A stretch of DNA of 64,000 bases from Candidatus Tepidifontimicrobium thermophilum. Lineage in GTDB: Bacteria > Sysuimicrobiota > Sysuimicrobiia > Sysuimicrobiales > Sysuimicrobiaceae. The stretch spans positions 11,099-75,098 of the forward strand of contig JAVKHO010000015.1 of NCBI GenBank assembly GCA_031459915.1. Direction: 5' to 3'. Positions 20,612-29,679 of the stretch are shown one piece after another. Every line of letters begins with the position of its first letter. The first letter of the stretch is position 1. The notes below the pieces were generated by a model, which saw only the letters and a program-made list of their open reading frames with translations, was not told the DNA's origin and searched no databases. Made by a program: the position numbers and the translations under genes.

Positions 20612-22069
20612 ATGAAGGTGGTGGCCTCAGACCGACCGTGGGACCGGCTGGCCTGCGACGTGCTGGCGGTCCCTGTGAAATCCCGAAAGCCCCTGGAGGG
20701 TCTAGAGCCCCTGGACCACGCCCTGGGCGGCTGGCTGCGGGAGGCGGTGGCGCTGGACCACTTCGAGGGCAAGCGGGACACCCTGCTGCAGGTTCTCACC
20801 CACGGCCGCCTTCCCGCCGCGCGGCTTCTCCTGGTGGGAACAGGGGCCGCCGAGGACCTCACCGACGCCAGTCGCCGCGCCGCGGCCGCCGCGGCCCGGC
20901 ACGCCCTGGCCGTACGGGCCAGGCGGCTGGGGCTGTGGCCGGGAGCCTTTCCACCCACTCCTGAAGTGGCCGCGGCCCTGGTGGAGGGAGCCCTGCTGGG
21001 CGCCTACCGCTACACGCGCTACAAACCTGACCCGTCTCCGGGGCTGGAGTCCGTGGAGGTGGTAGGCGTGCGCGGTGCCGCCCCCGCGGCGCGCCGCGCC
21101 CGCGTCCTGGCGGAGGCCACGTACTTCGCCCGGGACCTCGTGAACGGACCGCCCAACGAGGTGAGCCCCACGTTCCTGGCCCGCACCGCCCGGGAGCTGG
21201 GCCGCCAGCTCGGTCTGCGCGTGCAGGTCTTCGGCCCCCTCCAGCTCCGCCGCATGGGCGCAGGCGCCATCCTGGCGGTGGGGGCTGGCAGCCGCCAGCC
21301 ACCGCAGATGATCGTGCTGGACTACCGCCCGCCCCGCGCCCGGAGAACCTACGTGCTGGTGGGCAAGGGCGTCACCTTCGACGCGGGCGGGCTGGACATC
21401 AAGACCCACGAGGGCATGGAGACGATGAAGGCAGACATGGCGGGCGCCGCGGCGGTCCTGGCCTGCCTGCGGGCCCTGCCGGCCCTTGGGGTCCCGCACC
21501 GCGTGGTGGGTGTCGTGGGTGCGGTGGAAAACCTGCTGGGAGAGGCTGCCTTCAAGCCCGGGGACGTGGTCCGGGCCATGGACGGCCAGACCATCGAGAT
21601 CACCAACACGGACGCGGAAGGGCGGGTGGTGCTGGCAGACTGCCTGGCGTACGCCCGCCGCTTCCGTCCGGACGCGGTGGTGGACCTAGCCACCCTCACG
21701 GGTGCCGCCATGGTGGCCCTCGGATACCACGCGGCGGCCATCCTGGGCAACGACCGGGACCTGGTCCGCGGCCTCGTGGAGGCAGGGCAGCGGGCGGGAG
21801 AGCGCCTGTGGGAGCTGCCCCTGTACGAGGAGTTCGTGGAGGCCATGCGGGGCGAAGTGGCGCAGTGGAAGAACTCGGGAGGCCGTTACGGAGGAGCGCA
21901 GAAGGGAGCGGCGTTCCTGCGCGCCTTCGTGGGGCCGCACCCCTGGGCCCACCTGGATATCGCGGGCGTGGCTTTTCTGGACAAGCAGGAGGGCCAGGCC
22001 CCCCACCTGCCCAAGGGGGCCACGGGCTTCGGCGTCCGGACCCTGCTGCGGTGGCTGGTGGAGGGGTAG
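20612..22069 (+). CDS. pepA: M17 leucyl aminopeptidase
   Basis: GKGVTFDAGG..K, MKADMAG, NTDAEGR, DLATLTG, HLDIAG motifs. Confidence 0.94.
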   Translation: MKVVASDRPWDRLACDVLAVPVKSRKPLEGLEPLDHALGGWLREAVALDHFEGKRDTLLQVLTHGRLPAARLLLVGTGAAEDLTDASRRAAAAAARHALAVRARRLGLWPGAFPPTPEVAAALVEGALLGAYRYTRYKPDPSPGLESVEVVGVRGAAPAARRARVLAEATYFARDLVNGPPNEVSPTFLARTARELGRQLGLRVQVFGPLQLRRMGAGAILAVGAGSRQPPQMIVLDYRPPRARRTYVLVGKGVTFDAGGLDIKTHEGMETMKADMAGAAAVLACLRALPALGVPHRVVGVVGAVENLLGEAAFKPGDVVRAMDGQTIEITNTDAEGRVVLADCLAYARRFRPDAVVDLATLTGAAMVALGYHAAAILGNDRDLVRGLVEAGQRAGERLWELPLYEEFVEAMRGEVAQWKNSGGRYGGAQKGAAFLRAFVGPHPWAHLDIAGVAFLDKQEGQAPHLPKGATGFGVRTLLRWLVEG

Positions 22070-22071
22070 CG

Positions 22072-22329
22072 GTGCCCCGGAACCTCGTGGTGGACGCGGT
22101 GGGCTGGCTCGGCGCTGCCCTTTTGCTGCTCGCGTACTTTTTGGTCTCCAGCCGGCGAGCGCACGGCGGAAGCCTCGCCTACCAGGGGCTCAACGCCGTC
22201 GGCAGCGTCCTGCTGGGCATCAACAGCGTGTACTACGGCGCGGTCCCCTCGGCCTTCGTCAACGCGGTGTGGCTCGCGATCGCCGTCTACGGCGCTGTGC
22301 GGGGCGCCCGGGTGCACGCGGCGGACTGA
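22072..22329 (+). CDS. small 3-TM membrane protein (CBU_0592-like)
   Basis: GWLGA.LLL.AY, YQGLN..GS, VNAVW pattern. Confidence 0.75.
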   Translation: MPRNLVVDAVGWLGAALLLLAYFLVSSRRAHGGSLAYQGLNAVGSVLLGINSVYYGAVPSAFVNAVWLAIAVYGAVRGARVHAAD

Positions 22330-22338
22330 GGACCAGGC

Positions 22339-22833
22339 CTACGTACCTTCCCGACGGCGCGCCCGTTCCTGGGCCTCCTCCACCAGATGCCATGCGGCCT
22401 GCGCGCCGGCCCACCCGTAGATCTCCACCGGCTTGCGCTCCAGCTCCTTGTACACCGCGAAGAAGTGCTCCACCTCCCGCAAAAAGTGGGCCGGCACACC
22501 CTGCAGGTCCGTCACCCCGTCGAAGCGCGGGTCCGCCACGGGGACCGCCAGGATCTTCTGGTCCCGGCCCTTCTCGTCCCGCATGTCCAGCACGCCGATG
22601 GGCCGGACCTCCACCAGGCAGCCCGGGAAGGTAGGCTCAAAGGTGAACACCAGGACGTCCAGGTGGTCGCCGTCCTCCGCCAGGGTGTCCTCGAGGAACC
22701 CGTAGTCCGCGGGGTAGTGCAGGGGAGAATAGAGGACCCGGTCCAGCCGCACGCCCCGGACCGGGTCCCACTCGTACTTGTTCCGGCTGCCCCGCGGGAT
22801 CTCCACTCGGGCCAGCACGCTACGGCCGCTCAC
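22339..22833 (-). CDS. ppa: inorganic pyrophosphatase (family I)
   Basis: EIPRGSRNKYE, LDRVL, YPADYG, DGDHLD, DQK motifs. Confidence 0.95.
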   Translation of the reverse strand: MSGRSVLARVEIPRGSRNKYEWDPVRGVRLDRVLYSPLHYPADYGFLEDTLAEDGDHLDVLVFTFEPTFPGCLVEVRPIGVLDMRDEKGRDQKILAVPVADPRFDGVTDLQGVPAHFLREVEHFFAVYKELERKPVEIYGWAGAQAAWHLVEEAQERARRREGT

Positions 22834-23516
22834 GCATTTTTCTCCTTCCAGTCCATCACCCACACCTCGCGGTAGCTGGGCAGCGGCGTGGCCTCCACCC
22901 GGTGGCCCACTCGGGTCACGTTGCGCTTGCCCGCCAGGAACTCTTCCACGGGCGCGAGGGGCCACGCGGGGTTGGCCTCCGTGCGGTAGTGCATGGGGAT
23001 CACCACCCGCGCCTGCAGGCGGTTGACGACCATCTCCGCGGTGCGCGCGTCGATGGTGTAGTGGCCCCCCACCGGAACCATGAGGATGTCGGGCTTGAGG
23101 GCGCCTTTGTACGCCCCCTCGTGGAAGTTGGCACCCTCCAGGTCATGCCCCAGGTCCCCGCAGTGCAGGATCTTCAGGCCGTCCACCTCGATGCGGAACA
23201 TGGCGTTCTTGCCCCGCTGGGCGCCGTGGACGTTGTCGTGGTAGGTGGGGATGGCCACCACCCGGACTCCCTCCACGGTTTCCCGCACGTCCGCGTGCTC
23301 CCTGCCGCCCTCCCGTAACCCGCGGATGACCCGGGGCGAGCCCGTGGCCGCCTCCACGTAGTTGTGGTCGAAGTGCTCGTGGCTTACAAGCACCAGGTCC
23401 GCGGCCACCCGCGGCACGGGGTAGCCTACCTGGTCGTTGAAGGGGTCGATCAGGATCCGCTTGCCTTCCCGGCTCTCCAGGAGGAAGCAGGCGTGCCCGA
23501 AGTAGGTGATCTTCAT
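22830..23516 (-). CDS. MBL-fold metal-dependent hydrolase
   Basis: GHACF, SHEHFDH, HCGDLG, IPMHY motifs. Confidence 0.88.
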   Translation of the reverse strand: MKITYFGHACFLLESREGKRILIDPFNDQVGYPVPRVAADLVLVSHEHFDHNYVEAATGSPRVIRGLREGGREHADVRETVEGVRVVAIPTYHDNVHGAQRGKNAMFRIEVDGLKILHCGDLGHDLEGANFHEGAYKGALKPDILMVPVGGHYTIDARTAEMVVNRLQARVVIPMHYRTEANPAWPLAPVEEFLAGKRNVTRVGHRVEATPLPSYREVWVMDWKEKNA

Positions 23517-23600
23517 GGGCCGCACCTCCCCGCAGCACCCTCACGGTTCGGTTACGCGATCCCTCCTCTCCCTCCCTTCCCTCGGAGCCGACCTGCCGCC

Positions 23601-24434
23601 TCACCACAGGGCGAAGACCCTGCACGGGCCGCCGGACCCCCCCGCCACCTTGGGGGCTCCCACGAACACCCAGGCGCCCGCGGGCGGGATGCGCGCCAGG
23701 TTGGCCAGGTTCTCCAGTCCCCAGCGGTTGGCGGGCAGCCACGTACGGTGGGTCTTGAAGTCCTTGGAGGGGCCGAAGTCCAGGCTCAGGGTGTCCACCC
23801 CGATGCCCACCACGTCGCGCTCCCGGAGCAGGAACTCCACGGTGTCCGGGTGGAAGCCCGGGAAGTGCATCACCCCCGAGCTGTCGGGGTTGCGGAAGGC
23901 CTGGGAGCTTCCGACCCGCGACTCCCACCCGCTGTGCATGAACACCGCGGCGCCGCGGGGAAGGCGTCCGTACCGGCGCTCCCAGGCCCGGACGTCGTCC
24001 GGCCTTAGCTGCGCGTCGGGATCCTTGGCGGCGCGCTCGTGGATGTGCACCACCGCCACGGGTGCCACCAGCACCGCAGGGGCCAGTCGTTCCACCGTGC
24101 GGGCCCCCTCCCCGAAGTGGGCGGGCGCGTCCATGTGGGTGCCGACGTGCTCGAAGTAGCTGATGTTGAGCCCGTAGTACCCGTCCTTCTGGACCGTGAC
24201 GGCTACCTCGGTCTTGAACACCGGCTGGCCGGAGAAGGAGGGGAACGTCGGCTTGAGGGTGTGGGTGAGGTCCTGGATCCTGGAGAACCCGGGCACCCGG
24301 GGTGCTGCCAGAACCTCCCGGGGCCCCAGCAGCCGGGCGCCTACGGCGCCCGCGGCGAGCACCGCTGCCGACTTCAGGAACTGCCTCCGGCTCACCTCCT
24401 CCGCCACCGCCTCCATCACCACGGGACCGCACAC
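23601..24434 (-). CDS. Tat-exported cyclase family protein (kynurenine formamidase/isatin hydrolase-like)
   Basis: SRRQFLK twin-arginine signal; EHVGTHMDAPAH; GVDTLSLD; ENL. Confidence 0.88.
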   Translation of the reverse strand: MCGPVVMEAVAEEVSRRQFLKSAAVLAAGAVGARLLGPREVLAAPRVPGFSRIQDLTHTLKPTFPSFSGQPVFKTEVAVTVQKDGYYGLNISYFEHVGTHMDAPAHFGEGARTVERLAPAVLVAPVAVVHIHERAAKDPDAQLRPDDVRAWERRYGRLPRGAAVFMHSGWESRVGSSQAFRNPDSSGVMHFPGFHPDTVEFLLRERDVVGIGVDTLSLDFGPSKDFKTHRTWLPANRWGLENLANLARIPPAGAWVFVGAPKVAGGSGGPCRVFALW

Positions 24435-24572
24435 GGCCACCACCCCCTTCTTTGAAAGTCGTTTCTGACGGTGGTACGGGACGGCCACGCCGGATTCCTG
24501 CTCGCACGGGCACCGCCGCCGGCGTGGTACGATCCCGCAGGGGCCGGTGCGGACTCAGGAGGGCAGGCGAGG

Positions 24573-25712
24573 TTGGGCTTTTCGGAAGAGCTGGAGTACC
24601 TGCGGCAACAGACCCCGCTCACCGAACGCGTGGCGCAGTCCGTCCGCGCCCGGGGCCTGCGCGGGACGCGGGTGGCGTTTTCGGTGCACCTGGACATCAA
24701 GACGGTGCCCGTTCTCGAGGCGGTGCAGGACGCGGGCGCACAGATCCTGGTAGTCACCTGCAATCCCGCCACCGTGCGCGACGAGGTGTGCAGTTACCTG
24801 CGGGACCGCGGGGCAGGCGTGCGCGCGCGGGCGGGGATGTCCGACCGCGACTGGGAGGACAGCTTCCGGTGGGCTCTGGAGCAACGCCCCCAGTATCTGT
24901 GCGAGATGGGCGCGGAGCTGGCGACCCGCGCCGCCCGCGAGCCGTCCCTGGCCGGGCCCGTGCGGGCCGCCATGGAGGCCACGGGGACCGGCATCCAGCG
25001 CCTCCGGGACCTGAGCCTGCCCTTCCCCGTGCTGGACTGGAACGCGCTCTCCCTGAAAGAGGGCCTGCACAACCGACACCTGGTGGGTCTGGTGACGTGG
25101 ACCACGTTCCTGGAGGTGGCCCGCGTGACCCTGTACGGCAAGCGGGTACTGGTGGTGGGCTACGGCCCGGTGGGTCAGGGGGTGGCCGAGTACGCGCGGT
25201 TGCTCGGGGCCGTTCCCGTCGTCGCGGAGCTCAGCCCCGACCGCCAGCTCCTGGCGCGCCACGGGGGGTGCGAGGTCAGAAGCCTGGAAGAAGCCCTTCC
25301 GACCGCGCACGTGGTCGTCACCGCTACGGGGCGGGAACGCGTCCTCAGGGAAGAGCACTTCCGCCTCCTCCGGGACGGCGCGTTCCTCCTCAACGTGGGC
25401 CACTCCAACCGCGAGCTGGACACCGACGCCCTCCGCCGCCACCCGACCCGCCGGCTGCGCGCGCACGTGGAGGAGGTCCGCCTCCCGGACCGGCGTGTGT
25501 ACCTCCTCGCGGGAGGGGCGATGTTCAACCTGGCCGCAGGCCAGGGTGACCCCTACGACGCCTTCGACCTCACGTCGGCGCTGCTCCTGGCGGGCCTGGA
25601 TCACCTCTTCCAGCACGGGCACCGGTACCCGCCGGGCCTGCACCCCATGCCTCGGGAAGTCGAGCTCGAAGTGGCGTCCCTGGCCGTCCGGCTAGACAAC
25701 TCCGGCCGCTAA
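24573..25712 (+). CDS. divergent adenosylhomocysteinase-family protein
   Basis: SAHH architecture (HLDIKT, CNP, GYGPVGQG, TATG, NVGH..ELD, NLA) with altered catalytic residues; TTG start after GGAGG. Confidence 0.75.
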   Translation: MGFSEELEYLRQQTPLTERVAQSVRARGLRGTRVAFSVHLDIKTVPVLEAVQDAGAQILVVTCNPATVRDEVCSYLRDRGAGVRARAGMSDRDWEDSFRWALEQRPQYLCEMGAELATRAAREPSLAGPVRAAMEATGTGIQRLRDLSLPFPVLDWNALSLKEGLHNRHLVGLVTWTTFLEVARVTLYGKRVLVVGYGPVGQGVAEYARLLGAVPVVAELSPDRQLLARHGGCEVRSLEEALPTAHVVVTATGRERVLREEHFRLLRDGAFLLNVGHSNRELDTDALRRHPTRRLRAHVEEVRLPDRRVYLLAGGAMFNLAAGQGDPYDAFDLTSALLLAGLDHLFQHGHRYPPGLHPMPREVELEVASLAVRLDNSGR

Positions 25713-26974
25713 CCGGGCCGCGGCGCGAAACGGTCAGGCCGCAGCAGCTCCAGCTCTGCGGGCTGGTCCCCGCCCACCACGCGCGCCACGAGTTCCCCGG
25801 TGACGGGCGCCAGCGAGATCCCTAGGGTCCCGTGGCCGGTAGCGACCACGAGATTCTCCACCCCGGGCGGCCTGCCCACAGCCGGCAGCCCGTCAGGAGT
25901 GCACGGCCGGAGGCCCGCCCAGGCCTCACCGCCCTCAGGGTCCAGTCGTAGGTAGCGCGCCGCCGCCCTGCGGATGGCTGCCAGGCGTGTTTGGTTCAGC
26001 TCGTCGCTCCACACGCCCAGCTCCAGGGTGCCGGCCAGGCGTACCCGTGGAAGCCCCTCCGGGTCCGGAAGCGGGGTCACCGCCACTCGCGCCTCGCTCA
26101 GCATCAGGGGGCTCCGCGGCAGGGGCCGGCCGAGTAGGGTGACACTGTACCCCTTGGCAGGCAGCAGCGGAAGGCGCACCCCCACCGACCGCAAAAGCGG
26201 CGCGCTCCACGCGCCTGCCGCCACCACCACCGCCCCGGGCCGGACCTCCCGGCCGTCCACCTCCACCCCCACGGCGCTTCCGTGGCGGTGCAGCCGCGCC
26301 TGGCAGGGGGACCGCACCTCCACACCCAGCTGCCTGGCCCGCTCCGCCAGGCTCGTCACCAGCCTCGCAGGGTCCAGGTGGGCGTCCTCCGGAAAGTACA
26401 CCGCCCCGGCCAGTTCGGGCCGGAGCAGCGGCTCCCGCGCCCGAGCGCCTTGGCCTTCCAGCACCTCCGCGGCGACTCCCTCGCGGCGGAGCAAATCCAG
26501 CTCCTGCAAAAACGCCCGGTACTCCACGGGGTCGAGGAACACGGAGAGCGAACCCGTCCGCCGCCACCCGAACTCAGGTGCCCGCGCGGCCAGCCGCTCG
26601 TACAGTTCGGCGCTGCGCCGCTGCAGGCGCACCAGCAGGGGGAGGGCGCGGCGGACGTGGGGCTCGGTGCTGGAGCTCCGAAACTGCCACAGCCACCTCC
26701 AAAGGGTGGCGTCCGGCCGCAGGGGCACGTACAGGGGACTCTCCGGGTCCAGGACCCACCGCAGGCCGCGGCGCAGGACGCCGGGTTCCGCCAGGGGCAC
26801 GCTGTGGGACGGCACCACCCAGCCCGCGTTTGCCCACGACGCTCCCGCGCCGGGCCGGTCCCGCTCCAGGACCACCACGCGCAGGCCCGCCTCCGCCAGC
26901 GTGCAGGCGCACCACAACCCTACGGCGCCGGCCCCGACCACGACGGCGTCCGCTTCCGGCAACGACACGGCCAC
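25709..26974 (-). CDS. FAD-dependent D-amino acid dehydrogenase/oxidase family
   Basis: GAGAVG, GASWANAG, KGYS, WAGLRPCTPDGLP, GHGTLG motifs. Confidence 0.9.
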   Translation of the reverse strand: MAVSLPEADAVVVGAGAVGLWCACTLAEAGLRVVVLERDRPGAGASWANAGWVVPSHSVPLAEPGVLRRGLRWVLDPESPLYVPLRPDATLWRWLWQFRSSSTEPHVRRALPLLVRLQRRSAELYERLAARAPEFGWRRTGSLSVFLDPVEYRAFLQELDLLRREGVAAEVLEGQGARAREPLLRPELAGAVYFPEDAHLDPARLVTSLAERARQLGVEVRSPCQARLHRHGSAVGVEVDGREVRPGAVVVAAGAWSAPLLRSVGVRLPLLPAKGYSVTLLGRPLPRSPLMLSEARVAVTPLPDPEGLPRVRLAGTLELGVWSDELNQTRLAAIRRAAARYLRLDPEGGEAWAGLRPCTPDGLPAVGRPPGVENLVVATGHGTLGISLAPVTGELVARVVGGDQPAELELLRPDRFAPRPG

Positions 26975-26981
26975 GCCCCCC

Positions 26982-27009
26982 TTGACAGTCTAGACGGTGG
27001 CGCTACGCT
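26982..27009 (+). promoter_or_regulatory. putative sigma70 promoter of the amt operon
   Basis: TTGACA-16 nt-TACGCT (same hexamers as the csp promoter). Confidence 0.55.
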
Positions 27010-27021
27010 GTAGGCAGGGCC

Positions 27022-27059
27022 GCGACGCCCGCCGGACTGGCGGGCGTCGCTTGCTTTTT
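27022..27059 (+). terminator. intrinsic terminator/attenuator in the amt leader
   Basis: 12-bp perfect stem GCGACGCCCGCC/GGCGGGCGTCGC followed by TTGCTTTTT. Confidence 0.7.
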
Positions 27060-27069
27060 GGGGGCGGGG

Positions 27070-28455
27070 ATGCGTTCCGTCGGTGGTCTCGCGGTAGCCC
27101 TGGCCGTGCTGGCAGCGGCGGGTCCCGTGTGGGCCGCGGACCCCACGGGCACTGCCACCCTTAAGGCCGACCCCGCGGCCCCCGTCAACTTCACGTGGAC
27201 CCTGGTGGCTGCATTCCTGGTGTTCTTCATGCAGGCGGGGTTCGCGCTCCTGGGCGCGGGGCTCATCCGGTCGAAGAACACCGTCAACTACCTCACGAAG
27301 AGCTTCCTGGACTTCTGCATGGCCTCCCTGTCCTTCTGGGCGTTCGGCTTCCCCCTGATGTTCGGAGGCTCCGGCGTGGCGCCGGGGCTCGAGCGGGGCA
27401 ACCCGTGGGTGGGCTGGTCGGGCTTCTTCCTGGCGGGCGACGCCTACGACGTGCGCACCATGATGGTCTGGTTCTTCCAGATGGTGTTCGCCGCCACCGC
27501 GGCCACCATCGTGGCAGGGGCGGTGGCGGAGCGGATGCGGATCACCGCTTACCTGGCTTACAGCTTCCTGGTGGGGGCGCTGATCTACCCCGTCTACGGC
27601 CACTGGATGTGGGGCGGGGGGTGGCTCGCGAACCTGCCCCTGGGGGCAGGCGCCCGCGACTTCGCGGGATCCAGCGTGGTGCACGCCGTGGGCGGGCTCG
27701 TGGGACTGGCGGGAGCTGCCATGGTGGGCCCGCGGATCGGCAAGTTCAACCCGGACGGCTCACCCAACCCCATCCCGGGCCACAACATGGCGTACGTGGT
27801 CACCGGCACCTTCATCCTCTTCTTCGGGTGGTTCGGGTTCAACCCCGGCAGCACCCTCGCCGCCACCGACCTGCGCATCGCCGCCATCGCCACCAACACC
27901 CTGCTGGCGGGGGCCGCGGGCGCGGTGGTGGCCGTGTACTACAGCCTCGCCCGGACCGGCAAGGCGGACTTGGCCCTGAGCTGCAACGGCGCCCTGGCAG
28001 GCCTCGTGGGCATCACCGCGCCGTGCGCGTACGTGGCCCCGTGGGCCGCGGTGGTGATCGGGGCCCTGGCCACGGTGGTGATGATGCTGACCGCCGCCTT
28101 CGTGGAACGGGTCCTCAAGGTGGACGACCCGGTGGGAGCGGTGGCGGTGCACGCCGGCGGCGGCCTGTGGGGGACCTTGAGCGTGGGGATCTTCGCGGAC
28201 GGCACCTACGGGAACGTGGCGGGGCTCGTCACCGGCCAGTGGGGCCAGCTGGCGGCCCAGGCGGTGGCGGTGGTGGCGGTCACCGCCTGGTCCCTGGGCA
28301 CGGGCTTCTTGATGTTCTGGGCCCTGAAGAAGACCACGGGCCTGCGGGCGCCGCGGGAGGAGGAACTGAGCGGGCTCGACCTGCCGGAGCACGGCACCCT
28401 CTGCTACCCGGAGGAGCTCGTGCCCGTGGCGGCGGGTCCGGTGGGCCGCGCGTGA
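27070..28455 (+). CDS. amt: ammonium transporter
   Basis: FFMQAGF, FQMVFA, GAVAER, DFAGSSVVH, GWFGFN, DDPVGAVAVH motifs. Confidence 0.96.
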   Translation: MRSVGGLAVALAVLAAAGPVWAADPTGTATLKADPAAPVNFTWTLVAAFLVFFMQAGFALLGAGLIRSKNTVNYLTKSFLDFCMASLSFWAFGFPLMFGGSGVAPGLERGNPWVGWSGFFLAGDAYDVRTMMVWFFQMVFAATAATIVAGAVAERMRITAYLAYSFLVGALIYPVYGHWMWGGGWLANLPLGAGARDFAGSSVVHAVGGLVGLAGAAMVGPRIGKFNPDGSPNPIPGHNMAYVVTGTFILFFGWFGFNPGSTLAATDLRIAAIATNTLLAGAAGAVVAVYYSLARTGKADLALSCNGALAGLVGITAPCAYVAPWAAVVIGALATVVMMLTAAFVERVLKVDDPVGAVAVHAGGGLWGTLSVGIFADGTYGNVAGLVTGQWGQLAAQAVAVVAVTAWSLGTGFLMFWALKKTTGLRAPREEELSGLDLPEHGTLCYPEELVPVAAGPVGRA

Positions 28456-28469
28456 GGTGAGAGAAGGAG

Positions 28470-29675
28470 GTGGGTACGGTGACGTGGGAAGCGTGGCTGG
28501 GTGTTGCAGCCTTCGTGATCCTGTTCAGCCTGTGGTCCCTGTTGCCCAGCCGGTTCCTGAGACGCTCGAGGGCTGGCGAGGAGGCGGCGAGGCCGGCCCC
28601 TGCGCCGCCTTCTGAGTCCGCCGCACCCCCGGTGCGGGCCCGGCCGAGCCGGGCCGCGGCGGTGCAGCTCCGGCTTGTGCGCAACCCCGCGTTCGGACAC
28701 GGTCCGGACCGCACCCTGCCCCGGTACTTCTACGTGCTGCGGAACGGCGACGGCGAGGCACGCCTGCCCGTCTACTGGGAGCCGCGGCCCACTTCCCGCG
28801 ACCCCCTGGTGCGGGAAGCCTACCGGGTGCGGGTGGCCGGGCGTACCCTGGAGGCGGGCAACCTGCACGTCCTGGGCGAGCAGCTCCGGGACGCGCTGGG
28901 CAGCCTGCTGGCGACCGGTCAGCCGCCGCGGTTCTGGCTGGTGAACGGGACTTCTGCCTGCCCCGTGTACCGCGAGGGGGAAGCCTACGTGGCCCTCACG
29001 GACGGCCCCAGGCTGTGGGGAAAGGACCTGCCAGAACTCGTAGGCCGGTACGCCCACTACCTGGCGTCCTGCAACGGCGGGCGCCGTGCACCGGTCAGCG
29101 TGGCCCTGTTCTCGGCTGCGGACCTGGACGTGCACTGGCCGGAGCTGGTGTGGACAGGTCCCGGTGTCTGGGTCCCGGTCTTCGGAGTGGACGGCCGGTT
29201 GACTGCCTTCGGCCCGCGCGACCGGACTTGGTCGGTGCCCGCCGGCCCCGGGGCAGTGCTGGAGCTGTGGGAACGCGTGGGGAACGACCTGGTCGCCTGC
29301 GGCCTGCTGCAGCACCCCGCCGCCCTGTGGGGCAGTGAGGTCAGTGACTCCACCCGAGGGGCCCTGCTGGCATCCAGCGAGCCCACAGGGCTTGCCCTGC
29401 GCTTCGTCCACTTCCACCCGTCGGGTGCCGGCCGCGTCACGTTGCCGATCCGCCGCCTGGAAGGTCGGGTGTTCGCCAGCTGCCGGGAGCTGTCCTGCCT
29501 GCACGTGGCGCCGGACCCCGGCACCCTGCGGGAGTACCTGTCCGCGCACCTGGCCCAGGCGGGGGTGGTAGCGGGGCTCCAGGACGTGGTGCTGGAGGAG
29601 GACGGCGGAGCTTCCTTCCACCGGCTCGTCCGCGCGGAGGGGCTACCGGTAGGCGTGGCTTCGTCCCACGCGTGA
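28470..29675 (+). CDS. hypothetical membrane-anchored protein
   Basis: single N-terminal TM helix, Pro/Ala linker, globular C-terminal part; AAGGAG RBS; tightly packed between amt and flotillin. Confidence 0.72.
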   Translation: MGTVTWEAWLGVAAFVILFSLWSLLPSRFLRRSRAGEEAARPAPAPPSESAAPPVRARPSRAAAVQLRLVRNPAFGHGPDRTLPRYFYVLRNGDGEARLPVYWEPRPTSRDPLVREAYRVRVAGRTLEAGNLHVLGEQLRDALGSLLATGQPPRFWLVNGTSACPVYREGEAYVALTDGPRLWGKDLPELVGRYAHYLASCNGGRRAPVSVALFSAADLDVHWPELVWTGPGVWVPVFGVDGRLTAFGPRDRTWSVPAGPGAVLELWERVGNDLVACGLLQHPAALWGSEVSDSTRGALLASSEPTGLALRFVHFHPSGAGRVTLPIRRLEGRVFASCRELSCLHVAPDPGTLREYLSAHLAQAGVVAGLQDVVLEEDGGASFHRLVRAEGLPVGVASSHA

Positions 29676-29679
29676 GGAG

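Noticed and set aside
24480-24572. SAH riboswitch upstream of the ahcY-like gene
   Set aside because: The conserved GAGGxGCGxTGC...AGGCTC pattern and pseudoknot partner are not present
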